A stretch of DNA of 63,573 nt, the filler included, from Phoronis australis (Eukaryota; Animalia; Phoronida): NCBI GenBank assembly GCA_002633005.1. It is 8 parts of 8 records of this genome, joined end to end, with 100 filler letters (N's around TTAATTAATTAA, not from the genome) between each part and the next. Parts side by side here need not be neighbours in the genome. Positions count along the whole stretch, not along the records: positions 1 to 9,200 come from NMRA01001834.1; positions 9,301 to 23,745 come from NMRA01001070.1; 6 more parts are not named here. One strand, written 5' to 3'. Shown in pieces: positions 1 through 12,789 of the stretch. Each line of letters opens with the position of its first letter. The stretch's first letter is position 1. A program made the position numbers and the translations under genes. The notes under the pieces are model-generated. The model was not told the origin of the DNA. It did not search any database and worked only from the letters and a program-made list of their open reading frames with translations.

Positions 1-1417
1 AGGGGTCATGCAAATCAAACTGAATAACAAAACAAAACAATACAACTAATAATAATGTCAGACTATATTCTGACAGATACTAAACCCTGTTTTGATGATT
101 TCAGACAACCTTCGTTCTGTCACCTGCTAATGCATCATTAGAAACAATCTTCAAAAATAAAATTTGGAATCAACTGAAAAACACCTACTCCTTATGTCAC
201 AGATTGGATGTTATGGGTCTTGGTGGGTTTTCCTTCCCCACAGTTGCTATGTAATTCACTAAAAGCGTAGGTCACGCTTGCAGACTTCGAAAGGAGATTT
301 CAAGTTTTATTTTAGTTTCAAATTTGAAAAAAACAATATGTCAACTGCTCGTCACTTCGTTGAGTTTTCTTTCACAAGACAAAACACATCTCCTTATTGG
401 AAATGGCAAGACAATGAAGTAGCACATTTCCCCTATATGGAAAATGTGATCTTTGACATTTGATGTAAGCAAAAAATATGGCGACTTCAAGCAGCTTCCG
501 GATTAAGAATAATGGATGTTTAGCATTAGTTACAAAGGTATCCAATTGTTTAAATTTATTCTAAAACTCCATTGAAATTCTCTTTGGGAAAATCCCTTGC
601 TTCAGTGGCCTGTGTCATACTGTTGTGTCGACTCCAGGTTCAGAGTGTGATCACGCTCAGGATGACTTGTGCCTTATGCGGTTAATATCCTTCTTGTCGG
701 TCAGCTGTTTGTCGAGTGACAGTGAGCGCATCCGCGCATTTATCATAATTAGGAAGATTAGAAACTGTGGTGACTACAGAGTTTTTCTCTCGCGTATTTC
801 AAAAACCGTGAATTTTGTGATTTTTCGAGAAAATTACTGCAACGAAATTGAATGACTGTAATAGGCGTTGCGAAATGGTACGTTTGTCAGGAATTGTTTA
901 AAAGATAGTTTTGATGAGCTTTCGCGTTCCATGCCTCTTTAAGGTTATTTAGAACCCTAGAATAATGGTAAAAAAATTGAGAACTGACATTGAATATTTA
1001 CGTCATATAAAAATTGATCTTGTTATTGATACCGTTCTTTTGCTAAGAACGCACCTTTAATTTTAACGAATTTTTACCAAATAGACAGAATTGCGTGACC
1101 CATTTAATAACAGATTGGTAAAAAGTCAAAAATGAAATTCTACAGATTTTCTACTTTCAGAAACTATACACTTTTCTAAGTTAAAATCTTTAGTTTTCTA
1201 GATATTTTGCAAAATGCACAAACATGGCGATAAGGTCCAACATAGCGTTAAGTGATGGTATGTCGTTTGTCTATCCTAAGTGCTCTGGTCTGTCCATCTG
1301 GAACTCTGCGTTGCGTTTCCAAAGAAAACGGGGGACAGTGCCTATAACCTTGCTACATCATTAGACCTAAAACGCCATGGAAGTCATGCTCATTTGATAC
1401 GAAGTTCGTCTATTTCT

Positions 1418-1420
<3 letters not shown>

Positions 1421-1500
<80 letters not shown>
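1421..1500. repeat. (TG)n microsatellite
   Basis: Perfect TG dinucleotide run of about 80 bp. Confidence 0.99.
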
Positions 1501-1501
<1 letters not shown>

Positions 1502-1504
<3 letters not shown>

Positions 1505-1664
1505 GATTATTACGTGGCGAAGTCGTTATCCCCCATTATCTAGAGCCCGAGTGGATTTTGGAGAATTATAGCCCGAGGGGCGTTAACCTCGAGGGTAATA
1601 ATTCTACAAAGTCCACGAGGGCTCAAGATAAGGGGGATAACGACTGAGAACATGTAATAATCTA
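1502..1664. mobile_element. Long imperfect palindrome (MITE-like/hairpin repeat), copy 1
   Basis: TAGATTATTAC..AGTCGTTATCCCCC..GAGCCC..GTGGA..AGAATTAT..CCCGAGG mirrors CCTCGAGGG..ATAATTCT..TCCAC..GGGCTC..GGGGGATAACGACT..GTAATAATCTA. A second copy lies at 26463-26616 on a different contig. Confidence 0.8.
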
Positions 1665-2213
1665 TTTATACCACATACTGAACGATAAACATTGCAATGA
1701 ATCGATCTACCTTTCTCGACTCGCCTCGGCTTTGTAACTACTTTCTAAGTCAGAGACTCGGGGTCGGAAGTCGTGACCTTTTAAGAAAAGCCGAGCTATT
1801 TTTGTCAAATAATGCTTTTACTCAAAACCAATTGAAAAATAAAACAAAATAGAAATAAAGTGAATCTATAAATTAAGGTTTAGCAACTATTATAGCTTAC
1901 TACACATTTTATCACGCTAAGCTTCGACCGAGAAAATATCGTCTACTAAAGTAGGTTACCACTAATAACTGACTATAATGCTCAAGTCAAAGGATCCCGA
2001 CGACACGATACCCGCATTCAAATTGGAGATCGGTGATTTACAAGTGAGAGAACACAAGAGAAAATTTTCACTGAATTAAAATATCATTTTTATCGAAATT
2101 ATGCGTCTTATTTTTCATAGCGTATAAACGTCGGTGCAATGCCCTTTGCTGAACAGGCGATCGTTGCGCGTGCTCTTTTAAGTATTCTATTTTCACGTTC
2201 GATGACGTCAGTC

Positions 2214-2290
2214 GCTGAGTGATGTTGTAGTGGTAAAGTCGGCGACTCGAAACTCTTGAGGCCTGGGTTCGAATCCGGCGTCGGTTTCCC
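2214..2290 (+). mobile_element. tRNA-derived SINE head / tRNA pseudogene
   Basis: Pol III A-box-like TGTAGTGG and B-box GGTTCGAATCC at tRNA-like spacing; the stems are imperfect. Confidence 0.6.
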
Positions 2291-2366
2291 GCCAAAATTA
2301 TTACTCACTAGTGGGATAACTGTATGGGTTATTCCACGGTTGTATCTGCCATTCTAGGCTAATATT

Positions 2367-2369
<3 letters not shown>

Positions 2370-2424
<55 letters not shown>
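2370..2424. repeat. (TA)n microsatellite
   Basis: Perfect TA run. Confidence 0.99.
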
Positions 2425-2427
<3 letters not shown>

Positions 2428-3278
2428 CAAGTGAAATTTGACGGGATTGCTTAAGTATTTCAGTTTATAACACACATGTGCATATGGTCTACTGGCAAAT
2501 TACTACTGATAGGCACTGATATCTTGATTACAGTTTCCATCGCATCTCCCATTCAATGAGTTCAAAATACTTTTCACAATGAAGGCAGTGATAAATGGTC
2601 ACATATGAAGAAAGAATTTTAGTGTTCACTGCATACGCCTATATGGCTTTAGTTTATTGAAAAGCAGTTCCATTGTCTTAAAATTCCGTTAGAAAAGAGG
2701 AAGGTTTCTCAAGCTTTACTTATAAATACACATAGCGTCGTACGGAAAATGCCGAATATTGACTATTGTATCGAATAAGCGTGGTATAACTATGCATACT
2801 GGCAGTGACGTCAGACATACATTGTGTTTCGGCAAGCTGTATGAAAAGATTGTAAGCAAAGTTGTAAAATAAAAGTTGTTTATGTTGTTTAATTGTGAAA
2901 ATCCCAAATTAGCATCCAACATACAATTTGAATGTAAACTGCTAATGAGCATTTCTTTTATTTTTATTTATTTAATCAATAGACCTTTATCACATAATTC
3001 TACAGATAATGAAAGCTCTACAACAATTAGCATAGCATACGTATTTCCAAGGCAATCGAAATGAGTGTCCAGAAAAACACTTGAACCTATAATGGTACTA
3101 TTAGTCAGTGTAACAGTCATATAAAAATACCACACATCAAAAAGTTGGCATAATTGTTTAATACATGAAGCTGTGATAAGAACAGCGACATCTAAACATT
3201 AAAACTACGTGTAAAGATGTAAAGTTGCTTTAATTGTAATTATCACGGTCTGTGTCTTTAAATTAGTCACTTAATATT

Positions 3279-3409
3279 TCAATCTTTGCAGCAACAACAC
3301 CAAATGCATATGCACATGACAAGCAGAGAGCCACCTCCACCAGAAATGCCAATACCCAAAAAAATGTTGATATTGGTGTTACTGGTGTATTTTTGAGCGA
3401 CTGGAGCAT
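3279..3409 (-). CDS. CUB-like single-pass membrane protein, exon 5 (TM + Cys-rich tail + stop)
   Basis: ttacag acceptor, phase 1; (D)APVAQKYTSNTNINIFLGIGISGGGGSLLVMCICIWCCCCKD*; the phase matches exon 4. Confidence 0.8.
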
Positions 3410-4764
3410 CTGTAATGAGAAAATGAGACAATCAAATTTTTCTTTATGGAAAATACGTTGATTTAAAACACATACCACTATTAAATTTATCTCAAACTGT
3501 TCCCAATTCATGTGATAATGTTTCTAGATTAATTGAAAATTAAAGGAATTTCCACATCTGCACCTTGTCCAAAGTTTTCCGAAAGCGCGCTCACGATGGG
3601 TGAATTTTCTGCCTCTTTTTACTTTGCAGGCTTCATCTCAGATTCTAGAAGTACGCCCAACTTAAGGACAAAATACCGCAGAAATTTGATAAAAAAGATG
3701 TCGGCTTAGGGCGGTTTGGATTCATTATCACTTGCTGGTTGTAATAATTACTGCGGAAGATTTTTCTTTTACTTTTTATGCGTGGTGCGTCTGCTGAAAA
3801 AAGTTTTTGAAGCCAATGGCCTTCATTCCGCCAGTTTCTGTAACGGTACAACGTATGTATATATAAATACACCCACGCATGCACGCATACGCACGCGCAC
3901 ACACACACATGCACACACATTATATGTACCCATTACATTGACTTGAGTTAGGGGGATTTTTGAATTATACTGTACTAGTACTGATCACCCGTGTTGGGAG
4001 TGTATTTTCCGTAATCCAATGATCAAGCAATTCGTGTAGATCAACAATTCATCCTGTCATTACACTCTCCGTAGGTAATGAATCAAAAATCAGCGCAATT
4101 GCTCTAATCTTATTGCTTAGATGACGAGCAAAAAGTGTTATAGAGTCATCCTCACGGGTAGTTTTCATTCCAATGTCAGGAGAATTCAAATCACGGTAAA
4201 AGCTCAAACAGACCAATGATAGGCCGTTTTATGGAAAGGGGTAAAAAGTCACATGGCACTTTTCAGTGCTCATTGATACGCAAAATTGGCGCTTTTAACA
4301 AAGTTTGTAAAACACAGTGACTACTTTGCCCAAAGAATACCTCAGTGAGGAATAAATAAGATAATTTTCAAAAAGATGTCATGTTTAAAGAAAAAACTGC
4401 ATTGTTTTCTTTCTTTACTAATCATTTCAAGTGGTCAATTCAATGTTCCAACATCGATACTTTTTCATTAAATTAAAAGTGAAGTAAGCCTTATTGTAAT
4501 GATCGTTTTGCATACGCACAAAAAACATTGTCATTTACTTTAGAAGTTTGGGACACAATGTGCTCCTGAAATAAGCTTGACGTGGAAAGAACGCAGTTGT
4601 CGCAACGGTTTTGAGTCCAACTTATATAACGTGTTAGGTGCCTCTATGCGACATATTGCTGCCCAATAAATTGGACCATGGTCGAAAGGTAGGAAAGGGA
4701 AAAGTTGGTTTAATTGATAAGGGAAAGACATGATACTCAAGTTTCAAACCTTAATGTACAGTAC

Positions 4765-4906
4765 CTGGTATTCTGTACAGTTTCATTGTGAAACGGTAGC
4801 TGTCTTCGGAGTAGGGATATCGATAGTTGGGAGACAATTCCAATCTCAAGGTAACCCGTGCCGACACCATAGAACTTGTAGGGGCGGGGGATCGAGAGGT
4901 CAAGGT
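4765..4906 (-). CDS. CUB-like membrane protein, exon 4
   Basis: cttacag|...|GTACTG, 142 nt, phase 0->1; TLTSRSPAPTSSMVSARVTLRLELSPNYRYPYSEDSYRFTMKLYRIP, with a CUB-like C-terminal F-x-hydrophobic-x-x-Y strand. Confidence 0.8.
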
Positions 4907-4999
4907 CTGTAAGTTGATGAGGATGATTGGTTGCAATTCACTTCGACAATCACACGTATACAGGTTTACATGAATTTCCGTATCGTTGTTTCATGTAAN

Positions 5000-5062
5000 T
5001 GATGATGACGATGATGATGAGGATAAGTATGAGGATGAGGATGATGATGATAACAATGATAA
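5000..5062. repeat. (GAT)n-like trinucleotide repeat
   Basis: Degenerate GAT/GAG/GAC run next to a single N. Confidence 0.9.
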
Positions 5063-6081
5063 TCTACGGGTGTCAAAAGGTGCACTGCTAAAGTCCTTAA
5101 TAAGGGGGTTAAAAGGTAACGTTAGAAACCCATGCCGCCTGGTTTCAAAATGTGGACAAATACAGGTAGAAACTGTCACCTCGGAATTGGCAGATGGAAC
5201 AATAGGAAAGCATTTTATCCATAGTTTCTGAGAATGAAAACGAGGCCTAAGATCAAGATTCACTTCATTAGGGGGAAAATATGACTTCATGGGGCCATAC
5301 ACTGAAGGGGTATATTTTGAAAAAGTGTCCCTAGTACACTGCCTTAGGGTCCATTTCAAATCCCTTGTTGAAATTGGGTATCCGAGTTTCTGCACTTCCC
5401 TGGCAAATGATATTGATCTGTCCGAATTTCATGATTCTGAGTCAATTCACTGACAGCAATTTCGTAAAAGTTTATTTGCGGATTGGCAGATAATACAATT
5501 TGATGGGATTGAATGATTTTCTTTAACTTCAACCAGCATCAATTAAAGATCGGTTGTTAAGTTGCAAGATTTTTTTTCAAATAGGCCATTCACTGTGTTG
5601 AGAGCAAGGTGGATGGAGTTTCCCACGGAGTTTGGAAACTTCCCCTACAAATTTTTGAATTGAAGTGAATTCTGATTCATTACAGTGGTAGCCTGTCGCG
5701 GTTTTACAAAGGTTGCAAAATTTTCGTTTGTTAGGAGGTCGTCGTAAACACATACACTATACACAAAAGGCAAACTGCTGACAGTCTTCTCAACACATCG
5801 AGCTTCCTACGAGCAACTCTTCTTCGTCAATAACGCTTCCCTAATATTCCTTAGAATTCTTTGGAAAAATATATAATGGTTGTATTATTTTTCTATCTTC
5901 GACCTCCAGGAAATCAGTGTATATTCACTGAGGAGGTTGCTCAGAATAAATAAATTTTAATAGATAAACACATTCTGACTGTTGGACCTGCGGCCACGAC
6001 TGATCCACACGTCTATGGGACAAACACAAGAAATACTCTGAAAGGGCACTAGGCGCATAGGAACAAAATCAATGACATTAC

Positions 6082-6205
6082 CCAATAAGGTGTGTCGTAC
6101 GTTGAGCTGCCATTGTAGACATACAACGTCACTCCTTCGTTGGTGATGTTGAGGATCGAGAATTCGGCCACGATATCTCTGTCGGAGTGGAACACCATGT
6201 AGCAC
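6082..6205 (-). CDS. CUB-like membrane protein, exon 3
   Basis: cgtag|...|GTAATG, 124 nt, phase 2->0; (K)CYMVFHSDRDIVAEFSILNITNEGVTLYVYNGSSTYDTPYW. LYVYNG resembles the CUB 'L.IYDG' motif. Confidence 0.82.
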
Positions 6206-7853
6206 CTACGTATGAAATACATACTGCAGAAACATGTTCCGTGTAAAGGGTCGGTAATTCATACTATATCAGTACCGTCTGATTATCGTTGGTACTTTAT
6301 ACTACACAGTAAATCTCGTTTGAAGTGTCGGATATGAAGTCCCGTGTGAAGGATCGGTACAGTGTACATCACACTTCAGGAAACTCACGTATTTATGCCA
6401 TGGTCTTATCAGGAGCATCACGTTCAACTTGCACGCTCACATTTACAACGTATTCATTTCATTACTGCAATTCTTGTCTCACGGGATGTAGTCAGTCCTT
6501 TTCTCATCAATCGCAATCCAATCTCATTAATCTCTTTGAATAGGCTTGTAAAGGCAATTCTTTGTCGCGCGTACATCAAGAAAAGTATACATACATCCGG
6601 TCAAAATGTATGTTCTTATTTCGATAAAATAAATTGTATTACACACTCACACGCGCGCGCGTTCACGATAATCTCAGCTATATCTGGTTCATGTCCATTG
6701 AAGTAACATCATCGGCCAAAAAAGGGATTTTTGATACAAGCAGTAACGCAGAGCGAACAATCAACTTCATGGGTTGTGGACCAACTCTCTGCCCTTGAAG
6801 CTAAACTCGACTATACGAATGGTATAGTATTTTAAGAGTTGTTAACTGGCGAGAAAGATTTTTCATATTGGCGCTCTTTAGAGTAATGAGATCGAGAAAG
6901 CGTGTTTTGCTTGATCCCGACTCAGATTTGGAGACAAAAATTCACTGCTATATATAGTGGTTCGTTAGTTTAAAACAGGGGAATGAAACCCCATTGTCAA
7001 TCAATTGCAATTTTTGATTAGGTTAAGTTCACCAATTTATTTTAGCTTTGAGACATCGGCTGGAATCGAAATTCTATCGCTTTATCAATCACAGCCAACG
7101 ACTTAGCTTCATCGCAGTGAGAAATGTATGGGACATGATGTCATTCATCTGTTGATATTTGAAGAGAGTTGCCTTTTGCACATGTGTGAAAATTTGCCGG
7201 CATTGTGATAGCTGGAAAGGTGTCGATACCACTAGTTTCAAATCTCCCGTCCCCATTACAAGGGATCTGTAGGTGGCACCGAACGCCTTTCCACCAAAGA
7301 CGAGATTGCCGTCTGGTGGATTTGTATGGTTCGGCTATTTTGAAAGTCAACTATAAGCTATTTGTAATGCAATCCTAATAAAGTAACGCATTTGGTTGTT
7401 TTATAGATCGTGATCTGGTCAAAGCTAAGAGTTTCAAACCATCCCATCCAGCAGCAATACCCAAAATGTGTCTTTTGGTCGTTAAATCGATAATACCCCT
7501 TTAACGACAAAGATTCGTTTGCAAAACGTATTTTTTCATCATACCTCATATCTTAGCAATTGACATGGGACTCATCTCGTGGCTGTGATTATACTGTTGT
7601 ACTGAAACGTCTTAGTCCACCATTTCGTAGAAAATACTTGAGCGATAAGAACTGAATTGTGGTTGATGAGAAAAGAACTACAGTTGATGAAGAAAGGATT
7701 GCGTTCATTTAAAAAAGATGTTGTTATCAAGAATGGCCTCGCGGACCGAGTGAGATGAAGACTGTTCATCTTGCTTTTGTAGAAATAGCGCACTTTCTAG
7801 GAGTATTTTAAACAGTAAAAGTAATCAATAGCTTTATATTCGTAGTAACATAC

Positions 7854-7980
7854 TTGCTCGGAGTCGATGACTGGTATCTGCCGTAGACTACCGCGACATC
7901 TGTGGAAGGTGTCAGTTCATAGTACTGGTGTCCGGCAGGCTCGCTTTTGATGCAGTCTGATCCAGACGTGTAGTAACTTG
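7854..7980 (-). CDS. CUB-like membrane protein, exon 2
   Basis: ttgcag|...|GTATGT, 127 nt, phase 1->2; (A)SYYTSGSDCIKSEPAGHQYYELTPSTDVAVVYGRYQSSTPS(K). Confidence 0.8.
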
Positions 7981-8193
7981 CTGCAAATGAACATTTTGGA
8001 AGTTCTCTTCAGGTTCTATATCCGTCTTGCCCTTAATCATCAGGGTATATTTCATGAAAAAGTTTTCTTAAAATATTTCAGTCAGGAATTTGTTCTACAC
8101 AATTGTTTTTGGATAGCGATGCGCTCATAACTTGGTCTGACCTTTTTTCAGCAAAAGCAAGAGAGAGCTTTAAGTCACTTTCGCGAAACATAC

Positions 8194-8245
8194 CCATGAG
8201 ATAAAGATTTACTGACAAGAGTGCGCAGCGAAACATTGCAGTCAT
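8194..8245 (-). CDS. CUB-like membrane protein, exon 1 (signal peptide)
   Basis: ATG at 8245, MTAMFRCALLSVNLYLM, donor G|GTATGT in phase 1 matching exon 2. The five exons total 576 nt = 191 aa + stop. Confidence 0.7.
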
Positions 8246-9185
8246 GTAGGAGTCATCGTCTGTCAGGCCTGATAAAGGGGTGAATTTCACCTGATTCACC
8301 TTTTGAATGAGTGGGTATCATAATTTACCAGCTAGATACGCATGCCATGCACAGTTTTCTTTATTTTCTAAACACTGAAAATTCATAAAGTATTCCTAGA
8401 ATTTTGTACATCTCCGTAATTATGAAGCAAAAGTATTTAATGTAGTATCCACATCCTTGAAAATGAATTTCATCATTTTCAAATGTTAGCCTTTCAACTT
8501 GAAGTCTCTGTCTGGAAGTCAGGTAACCTGATCCTGACGATTAAAAGCAAAAGAATAGTGTTTTGCAAAAGCAACAATTACTCCAGTCCAAATTAGTGCA
8601 CATGGGCTGTGGGGTGGCGTATCCTCTTTCTATTAAGTTTGCAACACCACGATTTCTGATAACGACTAGTAGAGACATATGAGTCCTGTATGCCAGTTTC
8701 TTCCAGTCCGCCGCTACCTGTTTTTGCACGTATATGACATACATCAATGACATAAGCCGGATTCACATGAGCATCAAGATGAATTGTTTCAGCAAAAAGC
8801 ATTCTAGGTAAAACTGTTTAGCCATGTGTATTCGGGCGATGCGGCATCATTCAGCAGGTGTGCGCAAGGGTTTTTTTCAGAGAATGTTGCGCGATATTTT
8901 TTCTCGTATAATACTGCGTCCAAAGAATAAACATTTTCAAATGTTGATTTTTGCACGAACATATTAAAAATATGGCACAACTTTCGTTGTCATACCAGCA
9001 GAACAATTTTCGCAATACCTTTGGAAATGACTACAGATAAAATGCATTTGAAAGTTGTCTGTTAAAGGCGAAGGCAACCTTTTTCCATGTCATTTTGAGC
9101 TAAAATAAGGTTGGTTGGTTATCTTAGACATATTTTTCACTTAATTACAGCTTTTCGTAATTTTATTAATTATTCGTCCGCTTTT

Positions 9186-9198
9186 CCGGAAGTGACGT
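9186..9198 (+). promoter_or_regulatory. Overlapping ETS/CRE composite motif CCGGAAGTGACGT
   Basis: Exact ETS (CCGGAAGT) overlapping a CRE half-site (TGACGT), at the contig end about 0.9 kb upstream of the CUB-like gene ATG. Confidence 0.35.
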
Positions 9199-9200
9199 TT

Positions 9201-9300
9201 NNNNNNNNNNNNNNNNNNNNNNNNNNNNNNNNNNNNNNNNNNNNTTAATTAATTAANNNNNNNNNNNNNNNNNNNNNNNNNNNNNNNNNNNNNNNNNNNN
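9201..9300. other. Artificial contig linker (44N-TTAATTAATTAA-44N)
   Basis: Identical linkers at 23746-23845, 31672-31771, 37366-37465, 49322-49421, 53761-53860 and 60720-60819. TTAATTAATTAA gives stops in all six frames. Confidence 0.97.
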
Positions 9301-9730
9301 TCAAAATATCAACAGCATCATCATCATCATCATCATCATCATCATAATCATCATCATCATCATCAACAACATATTAAATGTTACCATCAGCATCACCATT
9401 ATCATCATAATCATCATCATCAAATTATCAACAGCACCATCATCATCATCATCATCATAATCATCATCATCATCATCAACAACATATTAAATGTTACCAT
9501 CAGCATCACCATTATCATCACAATCATCATCATCATAATTATCATCACCATCATCATCATCATCATCACTGTCATCATGACCATCATCATTACAATCATA
9601 CTATCACCATCACTATCATTATCATCACTGCATCATCATCATCACAGCATCCTCATCACCACCATCACCACAACACCATCACCGCCCTCACCATCACCAT
9701 CATCATCATCATCAGCAGCACCATCATCAA
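9301..9730. repeat. Degenerate (CAT)n/(CAC)n low-complexity array with an internal ~120-bp duplication
   Basis: Long CAT-rich tract; 9301-9420 is repeated at about 9420-9540. Confidence 0.95.
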
Positions 9731-9732
9731 TC

Positions 9733-10510
9733 TATTTTAGGCCGTTGCTTTATTGCCACAAGGCTTCGCTAATGCGTTGATTCCTATTTCCATGTTTTGG
9801 ATGACATCGTTTCGATATTTTGGACATATTCAAATAACTCTGAAATGCCAAAATTAAAATCAATAAACATTTATATTAGTTCAAGTTTTTGTAGCTGTGC
9901 AATCCTTGAAGGTCATAGGAAATTATCACCTGGCTATAATGTACATGGTCGATATTGATACTTCATAACTCAGATGGGGCATACAATAGTACAATTATCA
10001 CTTTTGATACATAAGAGCACTAACACAAACTAAATCATTTGAGTTCCTTTGCTTAGGAGCTCCCAGAATGTTTAGAGATTTCGTGGTATGTAAACCACTG
10101 CATAATTTGGAGGTTCAAAATCTAGTACCAATCCAGATATCAGTCTAGGTTGTTATAAAGGGTAAAATTTCTGTACAGTGTAAGTTCATTTAATTTTCCA
10201 CACGAAAATCAATTTCAGAACTCCAGTAGTTCAAAAGATCACCACTTCTTAGTCCACAAAATATCAATTTATTTTAGGCTGTTGCCACAAATCTTTGTTA
10301 ATTGCTATTTCCTTGTTAAGGATGACATTGTTTTGACATTTTGGACGTATTCAAATAAATCTGAAATGCCAAAATCAGAAGCAGTAAGCATTTAATATTA
10401 TTTCAGGTTAATGTAGCGCTGCAATCGGCGGAGCGCTGTCATTAGAAATTATCACCTGTCTATAATACACCTGGTCGATATTAATACTTCTCAGCTCCAC
10501 TGGGGCATAC
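9733..10510 (+). repeat. Diverged direct repeat pair (~9733-9985 and ~10271-10510)
   Basis: Both copies share ATTTTAGGC..GGATGACAT..TTTTGGAC.TATTCAAATAA..CTGAAATGCCAAAAT..GAAATTATCACCTG.CTATAAT..TGGTCGATATT.ATACTTC..TGGGGCATACA. Confidence 0.85.
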
Positions 10511-12789
10511 AGTGGGCGTAACTATGGTCAGCATGCACTGGATTAACTCAAACGCATATTTTTACGATCTTTTCAAATGCCAAAATGCCACGTCGTTACC
10601 GGAATGCGAAATAATTAAAGCCCTGCAGTTTGTTTAAGTGCGTGATGTGGTGGGGTTCTCCAATTTATCAAACAGCAATACATGTACAGTACATCTCAGC
10701 ATGTGCTGCACTGAGACCATCCTCATCAGAGTTTGAGCTGCATGCTCTGCCATTCTGCTGTTAAATGCTCTGCTTATATTTCCAACCTTTTTGCTCAATT
10801 TTGTGCACAACCCATTGCACAATATAAGTCTCCCCCTCGATGGATACCTGATTGCATTTTTTTCACTACGGGAAATCAGTAAATGAATAGGAATACGTTA
10901 AAGTGATGTGCATAACATTTTCTTTGTTCCGCTAGGCACAGCTTGTTCCGAACCCAGTCTAAGCAAGAGATTGATTCGGTAAGTTTTTAACCAAAAACAG
11001 AAAATAAATAACGGTACCAAATCAAATCAGAGACCTACCAACGTTACAGATCGTATCGATCCAGGCAGAGTGTAATCGTCTCGTCTGATCTTCAGTGAAT
11101 TCCAGATTCAATCTATTTTTGGACATGTGCAACAGGATCACGAATATGAAGACTGTCGTCAAAATACAGCTAGTATGTGTGCTGAGGGCCCTTAGAGCCC
11201 GAAATTCCATAGAGCACGGGTAGTTCTACTCGTCAGCTCGTCCTTAAACTTGAATCAACACCTAAATCTAACAACCGGCGGGGGTTCTTGCAAAATCAAG
11301 AAGTCGACCTAGACTCATTTTGGTCGGTGAAGCCATTGTCAAGTGAAATACAGCTTTGCACCAAACATAACATACTTCCGTGACAACGACAGTGAACTCA
11401 CAATCCGCCATTTCTTACGCCACTTTCTGTTTTGACCACCAGCCTTGAGCCAAAGCAGATTGGTGTAGCAAAGTCTTATGCTAAAGTCACCCAATGGCGA
11501 TGTACATGTATGAAAATTAGGATGTGTGAAAAAAGAGTAAGGATACCTCAATCTCAGCAGGCCTTGGGTCATGGGGTTACAGAATGTGGAGGTCGAGGGG
11601 GGTTGCAATAATCCGCATAATGTCCTAGGTGGCCCTTTGGATCTGACAACTATGAATAGTACTTACAATTTTGGATTACCATAGACACATAGTAACCCGG
11701 TGTCAGAAATTTTATTACCTGCTTCTTTGAGATGGGTGGCAATGATAATCGCTTCTCATAAGTAGCAGTGATTTCTACCATTTAAGATACTACTCAGTTT
11801 ATTTGTCGTTTAGCGTTGACTCTCTTCACTGTTTGAATGTTAAAATTCAGTTAACTCCAAAAAAAGAAAAGGGACATAGGACCCACTGCAACTACTGTCT
11901 CTTTGTTGAGAAACCTCAACCTCTGTATTGGATAGCCTTCTTGAGCAACACAGTTGAGCAACATGAGTTGTGTGCACCACCCGTTACCATAGTGACTTTA
12001 ATATCCCCGATAAGGAAGCAATGAGTGAACTTCTAGAATTATCTTGAGTTTTGCAGAAGATTAAAAACGAGTTGTGCGAAACAATTTAAAGAAGATCAAA
12101 TTAAACAAATGTGTAGTGAATCAAAAAAGTCGTGTTAAGTAATTAGTGAAACAAACACACTGTGAGCCAAAACGATATGTCAGTGGAAAGAATAATTTGA
12201 CACTCAATATTTTAAGAAAACTGTTTGTTAATACTATTTAATAAAAGATTGGTTTAATGGGAAGTCAACGCAAATATCCTTTATGAAGGCATGGCGGATT
12301 CAGAAAAAAACAAATACCATGGTTGACAGATTTTTCACCCTGAATGTAATGATGCTGAAGGTTTCAAGTAAAAATGGACGGGCAGTGCTACTCTGCACAT
12401 ATATATTCAATAGTTTAAAAATCTGTTAAATATCCAATACAAGGCATATACTTCATCATTTGAAGAGTTTCTCTCTGTACTAAAATTATGTGCTTTGCAA
12501 AAATGAGAGACAGAGGGAGAGGACCAAGAGGTATAGGAAGAGGTAGAGGGATAGGGATAGAAAGAAGGATAGGGAGACATGCATTCTCGCAAGAGACCTT
12601 CTTTCAAGGAAATCTCATTCAACGACAAACTCTTTTCTGCCCACTTTAGCTGCACAAATATTTTCTTGAATTGACGCGCAACACGTCTAGCCCCGCTGTC
12701 TAATTCACAAATGAGACTTCCAAAACTCATAACACCAAGTGGAGAGAAGTTCGATTCATAGGTATTAATGTGTCTAACGTTATGTAAGT

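Noticed and set aside
1280-1647. Cys/Val-rich ORFs (and His/Ile/Ser-rich ORFs at 9577 and 4986)
   Set aside because: They are translations of microsatellites.
2214-2290. Functional tRNA gene
   Set aside because: The acceptor and anticodon stems pair poorly, so it is retained only as a tRNA-derived repeat.
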